This document shows, in pieces, positions 11,358 to 21,903 of a DNA stretch of 64,000 bases (position 1 is its first letter; the number at the start of each line of letters is the position of its first letter). Source of the stretch: Hydrolagus colliei (Eukaryota); NCBI GenBank assembly GCA_035084275.1, contig CM068742.1, positions 154,814,001 through 154,878,000 of the forward strand, given 5' to 3'. The position numbers were made by a program, and so were the translations under genes. A model generated the notes under the pieces. That model searched no databases. It had not been told where the DNA came from and was given only the letters and a program-made list of their open reading frames with translations.

Positions 11358-14209
11358 GCTGATCTTATAAACATGATCTTATAAACCTCTATTAGGTCTC
11401 CCCTCAATCTTCTCTGCTCCAGAGAGAATAACCCTAGCCTATCTAGCCTCTCCTCATAGCTGAAGTCCCTCAATCCTGGCACCATCCTAGTAAATCTTCG
11501 TTGTACCCTTTCCAATGCCTTCACATCCTTTCTGTAGTGTGGTAACCAGAATTGAACACAGTATTCCAGCTGAGGCCTCACCAAAGTCCTATAGAGGTTA
11601 GTCAGCACTTCCTGAGTTTTGTACTCTATACCCCTATTTATAAAGCCTAGTATCCCATATGCCTTCTTAACAGCCTTGTCTACCTGTCCTGCCACCTTCA
11701 ACGAGTCACTAACACAAATCCCCAGGTCTCTCTGTTCCTTCACACCATTTAAAATTGTACTATCTAGCCTATATTGCCTCCCTTCATTTCTTCTCCCAAA
11801 ATGCATCACCTCACACTTCTCTGCATTAAACTTCATCTGCCATGTGTCTGCCCACTTTACCAATTTGTCTATATCCTCTTGCAGATGGCTACTATCCTCC
11901 TCACTGTTTACTATTCTCCCTAACTTAGTGTCTTCTGCAAACTTGGAAACTGTACTCCCTACACCCAAGTCCAGATCATTGATGTAGATTACAAACAGCA
12001 ATGGTCCCAAAATTGATCCCTGTGGCACACCACTGCTCACTTCCCTCCAATCTGAAAAACAGCCGCTCACTACAACTCTCTGCTTTCTGTCTCGCAGCCA
12101 GTTGTGGATCCACGCTGCCACTGTCCCTTTTACGCCATGGGCCTTTAATTTCATAATACGTCTCTTATGTGGCACTTTGTCAAATGCCTTTTGAAAGTCC
12201 ATGTAAACTACATCAACTGCGCTACCATTATCCACCCATTCCGTTACCTCATCAAAAAATTCTATCAGATTTGTAAGGCACGATTTGCCTTTAACAAATC
12301 CATGTTGACTGTCCTTTATTAGCCTATTTCTTTCTAAGTGAAGATCTACCTTGGCCCTGATTATGGACTCTAGAAGTTTGCCCACTACCGACGTTAGACT
12401 GACTGGTCTGTAGTTACCAGGCTTGTCCTTCTGCCCCTTTTTATACAAGGGAGTAACATTAGCTATCCTCCAGTCCTCTGGCACGACCCCTGTGTCCAAG
12501 GAACATTGAAAGATCATGGCCAGAGTCCCTGCTATTTGCTCCCGTGCCTCACTTAGTAACCTAGGGTGCATCCCATCCGGACCAGGTGACTTATCCACCT
12601 AGAGCAACGTCAACCTTTTTAGCACTTCCACTCTGGTTATAATTATTCTATCCATTTCTCCTACCCTCTCCTCTAATACCATGGCATTGGCTGTATTATT
12701 TTCTTTTGTGAAGACAGAGGCGAAATACTCATTCAGTACATCAGCCATGCCCTCTGCCTCCACAATGAGATTTCCTCCTAGGTCCCTAATTGGCCCCACC
12801 CTATCCTTGACCAACCTTTTACTCTTAATATGTTGGTAAAAAACCTTAGGGTTCCCCTTAATCTTACTCGCTAATTGTTTTTCATGCAGTCTCTTTGCCC
12901 CTCTAACTTCCTTTTTTAGTTCTATCCTACACTTCCTATATTCTGCTTGGTTCCCTTCTGAATTTTGAGCCTGACACTTATCATAAGCCTCTTTTTTTTG
13001 TTTTATTTTGGCCCCGATTTCCTTAGTCATCCAGGGAGGTTTGGATGCCTTACATTTCACCTTTGTGGGGATGCTTTTGACCTGTGCCTGAACAATCTCC
13101 TCTTTGAACGCTGCCCACTGCTCGTTAGTTGTCTTACCTGCCAATTTTTCTTTCCAATCCACCTTGGCTAGGTCCCACCTCAACTCATTGAAATTAGCCC
13201 TTTTCCAGTTGAGTGTCCTCACCTGTGATCGTTCCTTATCCCTTTCCATAATTATTCTGAATCTAACGATATCTTGGTCACTATTCCCTAGATGCTCACC
13301 TACAGAAACCTGTTGAACTTGCCCTACCTCATTTCCCAAAACTAGATCCAGCAATGCTTCTTTCCTCGTTGGACTGGAAACATACTGATCAAGAAAGTTG
13401 TCCTGCACACACTTCAGGAATTCTTCTCCCTCCTTGCCCTTTACTCTACTATTCTGCCAGTCTATGTTGGTATAGTTGAAGTCACCCATTATCACTACTC
13501 TATTAGTTCTGCATTTCTCCGTGATACTCTTGCAGATCTGCTTGTCTATCTCCTCCCCACTATTTGGTGGTCTATAGTATACCCCTAACAGTGTAACTGC
13601 ACCTTTTTTATTCCTCATTTCTAACCAGATAGATTCGGTTTTTAGTCCTTCTTCCACCTCGTTCCTTTCTAAGGCAGTCACTGAGTCCTTCACTAAAATT
13701 GCCACCCCGCCCCTTTTTCTCCCTTCTCTATCCCTCCTGAATACATTATAACCAGGAATGTTCAACTCCCATTCCTGCCCATGCTGGAGCCAAGTCTCTG
13801 TTACTGATGGAGTTTCCTGTCACATCTATGAGAAGTTTCAAAGCTCTTCACAAAATATACTGTAGAAGTGAATTAAGCACAAAAAAATTGCACTACAGTA
13901 TGCTATGTAAATGTAAATTGTTGTTGTTGAATTCACTGTATATTTTCTGGGTGTAGGGAAGCAGCACATTGCACACATCCCACAAACAGTAGTGGATTGA
14001 TTAACCAATTTTTAATCATTTATTTTTGAATTAATTATTATCAAGGAAAAGCTATCCGCCAATCAACTAACAACCAGGTTCCTACTTACTGCTGGGTAAA
14101 CAGAGGAATGTTAAGTAAGGAAACTTACCCAACATTTCCTCTGCTGGGAATCAAACTCAGGTTTCTCTCACCTGCGAGGCGAGTGCTATTAATACAGGAG
14201 TCCACAGTA

Positions 14210-17200
14210 AAGTCTACCAAATGAAATTGGAAGATTGGTACACAGTGGCTTGTGAAGATATGATAGCTCAAGGTCTAAATAGATATATTCCCAAAAAAGG
14301 GAAATGTGCGACAACCAAGCCAGGCTGGATGACCAGGGATATTCTGTCTAGGATGAAAAAGAAGAAGACGGCATACGACAATTGGAAGACGCAAGATACC
14401 GAGGATCGCAAAGTGCATTATAGAAAATGCAGGAGTGATCTTAAAGGAGTGATAAGACAGGCTAAAAGATCGCATGAGAAGAGGTTAGCGGATAACATCA
14501 AGGGGAATCCTAAAATATTTTATAAGCACAAAAAGGAACAAAAGGTTTGTAAAAGGTAGGGTGGGGCCAATCAAAGACAATGAGGGCAATCTTGTTGTGG
14601 AGGCAGAGGGCATGGCTGATGTACTGAATGAGTACTTTGCATCTGTCTTCACAACGGAAATGGATGCCCCAAATGCTGCAGTATTGGATGAGAGGGTAGA
14701 GGAAATAGATTACTATAGACAGAGAGGAAGTTCTGAAAAGATTGACTGAGCTCAAAATTGATAAGTCACCAGGACCAGATGGGTTTCACCCAAGGTTGCT
14801 GTGGGAGATACGGGTTCAAATAGCGGAGGTTCTGGCCATTATATTTCAATCTTCATTGGACACAGGAGTGGTGCCAAGAGACTGGAGAGTGGCTAATGTT
14901 ACCCCCCTCGACAAAAAGGGGCAGAAAGACAAACCCGGATATTACAGGCCAGTTAGCCTTACTTTGGTAACAAGAAAACTACTGGAGACCATAATCCGGG
15001 ACAGAATAAATCTCTACTTAGAGGAACACAAGGTAATTAGAGACAGTCAACATGGATTTGTTAAAGGCAAATCTTGCCTAACAAATCTAATAGAATTTTT
15101 TGAGGAGGCGACTGCGAGGGTTGCTGAGGGAAATGCGCTGGACGTTATTTACATGGATTTCAAAAAGGCTTTGGACACAGGACCGCAGAAGAGATTAATA
15201 AACAAATGAGAGGCCCACGGTATTAAGGGAACAGTGGCAGTTTGGAATAAGAACTGGCTGAGTGACAGAAAGCAGAGGGTGGTGGTTAATGGTTGTTTCT
15301 CAAAATGGAAGGAGATGAGCAGCGGTGACCCCCAGGGATCGGTATTGGGACCACTGCTCTTTCTAATATATATTAATGATCTGGACTTGGGCACAGAGAG
15401 CACTATTACCAAGTTTGCAGATGATACAAAGTTAGGTAGGGTAATAAATAGTGAGGAGGACTGTAACCAACTGCAAGCAGACATACACAGATTGGTGGAA
15501 TGGGCTGACATATGGCAGATGGATTTTAATGTGGATAAGTGCGAGGTGATACACTTAGGTAGGAAAAATGATAGGAGGCAATATAGACTCGGTAGCTCAA
15601 TCTTAAGGGGGGTGAACGTACAGAGAGATCTGGGTGTTCAAGTAAGCGAATCATTAAAGGTAGCAGGGCAAATAGATAAGGCAGTAAACAAGGCATTTGG
15701 TGTACTGAGCTTTATTAGTAGGGGCATAGAGTATAAGAGTAGGGAGGTTATGGTTAATCTATACAAAACACTGGTTAGGCCTCAGCTTGAGTGCTGCGTC
15801 CAGTTCTGGGCACCTTACTTCAGGAAGGACAATAAGGCACTGGAAAGGGTGCAGAGGAGATTCACGAGAATGATACCAGGAATGGGGAACCTTAGCTATG
15901 AGGACAGACTGGAGAAGTTAGGACGTTTCCCATTAGAGCAGAGAAGGTTACGTGGGGACCTGATAGAGGTCTTCAAGATCATGAAAGGTTGCGACAGCTA
16001 GATAGGGAAAAGCTGTTTCCGCTGGTAGGTGTGTCTGTGACCCGTGGTCACAGTCTTAAGTTATCAACGAAAAGAAGCAGAGGGGAGGTTAGAATAATTT
16101 TTGTAACTCAGCGAGTTGTTCGAATTTGGAATTATCTGCCTGAAACCGCCAGCAGTACATCTCCACAAACGTTTTTTCCTCCCGCACTCACCCAGTTACC
16201 TGTGGGGTACCCCAGGGATCCATCCTTGGCCCCCTCCTTTTCCTCATCTACACACTTCCTCTTGGGGATGTGATCCGCAGACATGGGGCACACTTCCACA
16301 TGTACGCGGATGACACCCAACTCTATCTCTCCACTTCACTTTGTGACCCCCCCAGTCCCCCGATATTCTATCAGCCGCCTGTCACACATCAGGGGCTGGA
16401 TGAGCACAAATTTCTTGCAGCTGAATGTTGACAAGACGGAGGCCATACTCCTTGGCTCTCGTCAACGTCTCCATTCACACGGCTCTCACCTCCTCCACCT
16501 TCCCGGCCAGGCCCCTAAAACTCTCCCAACCTGTGCGCAACCTTGGCGTCAGGTTCGACCCCCGACTGTCCTTCCTCCCCCACATCCGGTCCCTCACCAG
16601 CACCGCCTTCTACCACCTCCAACGGATTGCCCATCTCTGGCAATACCTCACCTCAAAAGCCACTGAAACCCTGGTCCAGGCCTTTGTCACCTCTCGGCTG
16701 GACTATTGCAACGCCCTCCTCTCTGGTCTCCCCTCCACCACAATCCACAGAGTCCAGCTAATCCAACTAATGCCGCCCGCATTCTCACCCGCACCAAACT
16801 CCGCTCCCCCATTACCCCAGTCCTTGCCAGACTTCACTGGCTCCCTGTCCCTGAGAGGATCCACTTCAAGATCCTCACCCTTGTTTTCAAATCCCTCCAC
16901 TCCTCTGCCCCCCCTGTCTCTCTGATCTCCTCTCCTCCCAACCCAGCACCCGCTGCTTTCGTTCCTCTGGGTCTGGCCTCCTCCACCCTCCCGAATCCTC
17001 TGCTCCACCCTCGGCGGCCGTGCCTTTAGCCACTACGCCCCGAGGCTCTGGAACTCCCTCCCTCACTCGCTTCGCCTCGCCCCCTCTCTTCCCAGTTTCA
17101 GGTCACAGTTGAAGACCGTTCTCTTCGACCGACTTTTGGTCACCTTCCTGCCCCTGCCTCTGGCTCAATCCCGGGATCTGCTACTGTGAAGCGCTCTGAT

Positions 17201-17450
17201 TCACTGTCCGGCGTGGAGGGCGCTATATAAATCTAAGTTGTTGTTGTTGTTGAAAGGGTAGTGAGGTCCGATTCAATAGCAGCTTTTAAGAGAGAACTAG
17301 ATAGGTATCTGGGAAAGGCGGGTTTGCAGGGTTATGGGGTGAAAGCTGGTGATTGGGGTTAATGATAGTGACTTGCTCGGTCACAGAGCCAGCACAGACT
17401 CGATGGGCCGAATGGCCTCCTTCTGTGCCATAACATTCTATGATTCTATG
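14210..17450 (+). mobile_element. CR1 LINE (frameshifted ORF2) interrupted near its 3' end by an L2 element
   Basis: ORFs 14221..16001 carry [23 protein letters not shown] and FADDTK; the CR1 3' end resumes at 17251 and ends in an ATTCTATG tail at ~17435-17450. Confidence 0.92.
16146..17250 (+). mobile_element. L2 LINE 3' portion with (TTG)n tail, nested in CR1
   Basis: [22 protein letters not shown] and LHWLPVPERIHFKI motifs; TGAAA repeated at 16141-16145 and 17251-17255. Confidence 0.9.
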
Positions 17451-18186
17451 AAGAAAGGAGCACTTCAACGTGGTATTAATGGGCCAGATAGGCTGGTTCC
17501 CTTGCAGTAAAAATGCAATGATTTTGATAGTCAGATACCGGATTAGGATAGAGAGCTCCTGTGAGAGCTGGAACCAGCACAGATACTTTGGGTGTGGTCA
17601 GCTGGATGTCTGATGCAAGTGCAAACACTGCGCTTACGCGTCTTCAAACTAAACTACAGAGAATCCCACCTGTACATGGAAATTTCTGATTGTCTGGAAT
17701 GAAATACCCAGAGGGATATATCGTGGTCACCAAATCACAGACAATATTCTGTATACAATGGGAAGATCATATATTCTACAGCAACAACTAATTATAGTAG
17801 TACAGTGCCTTTCACATCGGGAGGACAACCCAAGGTGCTGGCCAGTCAGGCATTGGATGTGAGCTGAAGGGAGACATTAGGAGGGGTGAAAGGCAGGGAG
17901 GGAAAGAGGGTGCCCGAAATTCCAGTGAAAGAGAAGAGTCTTGAGAAAGTCATTAAAGGAGGCAACAACAACAGCAAATTACATGTGGGAAGTGCCTTCA
18001 ATGTCTAGAGGATGGCAAGAGAAGGGTGAGGGAACAGACTGTGGGATGGAGTTCCAAAGAGTGGAGACAATGTATGGCTCAGTGAGTAAAGCAATTCTGC
18101 CCAGAAGATGTCACATGACAATGTAATTAATCCACTAAAATGAAAAGCATTAATTATAGCCAGTCAGGTTTCTGATTGGAAAATAC

Positions 18187-18232
18187 GTACGTGTGACAGA
18201 ACCAGGGTACAGAGCACAGCTCCCAGCATCAT
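18187..18232 (-). CDS. SIGLEC15-like: SIGLEC15-like copy B, signal-peptide exon (MMLGAVLCTLVLSHV)
   Basis: Paralogous to 3011-3062, including upstream flank. Has a 10-nt deletion, so frame is kept only if the GTATTT donor at 18186 is used. Confidence 0.55.
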
Positions 18233-21200
18233 CTTCCCTCATTCAGGACACACTGCTTCCCCTCACACGCCTGCCTCGCACTGACACAGCCGGTCATTCT
18301 TCTCTTTCCTTCCTCCCCTCATTTCCCTTGTCACCACCAGAGCTCCACCCCACACGTCCGCTTTGTTCTGATGTTCTTTAATGTTTCTCCCCCACATTAT
18401 ACCTGCCCCCCCTCCCCCTCCCCATCATGATGCAGTAATTGGGTGACTTTCAAGCCTCTTTTACATTTCACACTCATTTTATATACCGGGATAGGTAAAG
18501 TTTATAGAATACATTTTAAAATTATTTTTATGCTCAGTGAGTTTTTGGAATCTGGAATGCATTGCCTGAAAAGGTGGTGGAGGCCAATTCGATAACAAGT
18601 TTTAAAAGAGAGATATACATTTATTTGGGGAATACAGGTTTGCGTGTTTATGGGGAGAGAGCTGAGTAGTGGGATTGAGTTGCTCTTTTCAAAGAGCCAG
18701 CACAGACCTGATGGGCCGAATGGCCTCCTTTTGTGCAGTAAGGTTCTATGATTCTATGTTTCTGTATTTAATATGGAACCTGTAATGGCTGAATGTTCAT
18801 GGGAAAACACAGTAGCCTGTTCTCACACTGAGATGCCACAAAAACAGCCATATGATAAATGAACAAATGGTGGATTGTCAACAATATCAACAAAATTAAA
18901 CTAGTTTCATGTCAGGAGGACATCCCAAGGTGCTGGACGGTCATTTTGTCCCCCCTGAGCTGGGGTCGGGGCAGGGAGGATGGAGGGAAAGTGGGGGATT
19001 TGGGGTGACCAATGGGACCATCGAAGAGGAGTTTCTTGAGGCGGGACTTGAAGGAGGGGGCCGGCAGGATCTTTGAGGGTTAGGAGGTCACAGAGGTAAA
19101 ATGGGGCAAGGCCATAGAGGGCTATGAATGTGAGGTCCAGGATCTGAGAGTCAGTATGATCATCAGGTGATAGGGAGCTGACGAGGCTGGGGGAGATGGG
19201 GTCACGAAGCTTGGAGCAGTGGAGGACATGGGCCATACAGTTTTGGATTATCTGCAACCTGTGGAGGGGGGAATTGGAAAGGCCAACAAGCGATGGTGGG
19301 TAGTATATTTGTGGGGAGAGTGTGTGAGTGCAGGGAGAAAGCAGTGACGGGCAGGGAGGGGAGGCAATGAGAGTGGGTCCAGCGATGAGGTGTCAGTGAT
19401 GGAGAGGCAGTGAGCAGTGGGTTGTGGTGTTGACAGTGAGATGCAGTGAATGGGCACAGTGAGAGGGGGCAGTTTGTGGGGGTGCGGTAACGACGACACA
19501 GGAAGGGGTTAGTGACGAGTAGGAGGAGGAGGTAGCGAGGAGGAGGCAATGAGTGGGCACAGTGATGGGGAAAGTGATGGGGGCAGTGAGGAAGGGGAAG
19601 TGAAGCCGGGTAGTGATTAGGAGGCAGTGAGCGAGACAGTGAAGAGGGGGTAATGCGGGGACATTGAGGGGACAAGGAAGGTGTGTAGTGAGGCATCCCA
19701 CAAGCAGTCGTGGAAAGAAGTGACCAATTTATTATTGTTCGGTTTCCTTGAGGGATTATTATCAGATGTGTGGATTAAAGAAATGTGCCCAAGGCTTCGT
19801 CCTGCCTGGAATCGAACCCAGAGCGCATGGTAGCCACTTATGTGCAATCATGGTAACAATGCCAGGTACTGTATATTACTGACAAAATATCAAATTGGAG
19901 CAAAACAGATACACAAATGAATGCTTTTCGCTGTTACTGAGAAATAAAGGATTTGCTGAAGGAGACTGAACGAGCACAGAAAAAGTTCTAAGATGGAGGG
20001 CGCTATGTAAATGCAAGTTGTTGTTGAAAAAGATGATCTGACTATCTTTGAGGGAAGGATGTTTTCCCCTCATGAGATAGAAGCATTCTGACCGGGTTGA
20101 ACGAGCGAGCGAGAATGCTACTGATTGCAATGTCATGTCTTTCACATGAATTAAATGCTTCTAAACGTGAGGACTTTGTTTTTAATCTAGCTGATAATGA
20201 ACGCTTCTGTCTCTGTTTCGAAAACTTCTGCAAATTAACTATCTGAACAAAACAAACTCCTTACAGTTAATGTTTTACCATTCCTTCAAAATTATTTTGA
20301 TGCAGAAAAAGATTAGTTAGTTTGAACACACACACATACACACACAAAATAGACTTCTAAATGTGAGGATTTTGTTTCTAATCTAGTTGATAATGAATGC
20401 TTTGTCTCTGTCTCAAAAACTTCTGCAAATTAACCATCTGAACAAAGCAAATACCAACAGTGTGGAACGATGATGCAGCAAGGTTGTTGAAACATCCAGA
20501 AGTTTGGAGGGAAGGAGATTTACACTCTACTCTGATTCGTATGTAAAGGATCTTCAAATTTCAATCCACGGCTGTTTGTGGGGACGCTGCTGTGCGCAAT
20601 TGGCTACCGCATTTTACCTACAAATATACAGTCACTTCACTTTACAGTATATTTGGTGAAGCGCTTTGAGACAGCGATAAGACGTGAAACGTGTTATATC
20701 AAATGCAAGGATTATTCTTATTATTATTATTATTTGAAGGAATTATTATTTCCAGAAAAGTGCACCACCAACTGACTAACAACTGGGTTCCTACTTAATG
20801 CTAGGTAAACATGTGTGGAGTAAGGAAATTTGCCCAACATTTCGTGCTGCCTTCAATTAAACCCAGGTCTCTCAGACTTGCGCTCTGGGACGCCGTCCGG
20901 TGTGGAGGGTGCTATATAAATCAAAGTTGTTGTTGTTGTTGCTCCAACCACTGAGCTACAGAAGTCCGCACAATGTTCCAATCTAAAAAATTACACACTG
21001 AATCATCATACCAATATCAAATGTTCTTCATGGCTGATGTACCCACCTATCCAAACCCCTGGGGGTGTGGAATGGAGTGCTGAGGACAAGTATTTCTAGA
21101 GACCAGGGAAGCATTGGCTGAAGATTAGGTCACCACTGCTGGGATTGAGCAAGTGAAGATCAGGCTTGAATAACCAACTTTGAACCAGAGGCGACTGAGC

Positions 21201-21859
21201 GAGGTTGACACCCAATAGGTAATGGGTGAACAGACCCAAGTGTGGAAGAAGGTGAGGAAAGATATGAAAGATTATTCCCACTGGTTGGATATTGGCGTCA
21301 CCATCCTATCCTGGGTTTGACAACCTGATTGATATTCACTGAATTCAGTTTGGATCTGGGCCAAACCCTATCCAACAACAACAAAATTACACATATATAG
21401 CACCTTTCACGTCAGGAGGACGTCCCAAGGCGCTGATCCAGGTACATTAACCCACAAGTCTATGTGAGTAGTTTATTCTTAATATTCAGTCACCTCAAAG
21501 GGAAACATTACTATTGATCTCACGTGCCTACATTTAGAGTTTCTAAGAATACCTGATACAAGATCTTTGAAATAAAGGTTACCATGTTCATCAGATCACA
21601 AAATTATTTTGGATAAACATCCACCCGACCACCACATCATCAAGTCATTGATTAAATAAGCCTCAGTGTCCTGGCTTCAAGCAACCTTCCAAGCCACCTG
21701 TTCCAGTGATTAATTGCCCACTGAGTAAAGAGAAACTTCCTGTTGTCTGTGTGGGGAGTGTGATGGATCTGTGCTGTAAATGGGAGGACTGCAAGCTGAG
21801 GATTACTGGAAGAATGAGATCTAATAGTCTGAATAATCTTCGCTGTCAGAAATTTTCCT

Positions 21860-21903
21860 TCATCCGAAGCTCTTGCGATCTTGTACGTGTCGCTTGATGG
21901 CCA
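21860..21903 (-). CDS. SIGLEC15-like: SIGLEC15-like copy A, candidate terminal (cytoplasmic) exon VAIKRHVQDRKSFG*
   Basis: Strong acceptor tgtgtctgtctccag at 21904 in unique sequence; phase-1 join gives a short tail with TGA at 21860-21862. Confidence 0.5.

Larger units (their letters stand above)
10056..11371 (-). mobile_element. Composite non-autonomous retroposed insert with host-gene fragments, SINE cores and an L2 3' tail
   Basis: Splits the CR1 at aagatcatg^aggggt (empty site shown by the CR1 copy at 63550-63575). 3' end is the L2 tail cagcgccttggga..aaaggcgctatataaatgtaag plus (TTTG)n. SINE cores at ~10192-10250 and ~10336-10397. Confidence 0.8.
9690..13806 (-). mobile_element. Young, slightly 5'-truncated CR1 LINE ORF2 (endonuclease + RT), one in-frame TAG, interrupted at 10056-11371
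   Basis: 13806-12602 is the APE endonuclease region (TETWL, GVYYRPP, MGDFN, LDLVL). TAG at 12599-12601. RT continues to 11372 ([19 protein letters not shown]). The C-terminus RGFDR..GHRFKI resumes at 10055, with an (ATTCTATG)n tail at ~9690-9720. Confidence 0.95.

Noticed and set aside
10162-11362. ORFs with (RARG)n, (LALP)n, (PPRS)n and (RGGE)n tracts resembling protamine or structural proteins
   Set aside because: All are alternative frames of the 12-nt minisatellite at 10976-11137
12599-12601. Programmed stop readthrough between the CR1 endonuclease and RT
   Set aside because: The TAG sits where other CR1 copies have Lys (LKIDKSPG at ~14750); a simple nonsense mutation in a 5'-truncated copy explains it
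16283-17029. Pro/Ser-rich ORFs of 100-170 aa here and throughout the window as novel genes
   Set aside because: Off-frame or antisense readings of L2/CR1 fragments and low-complexity tracts
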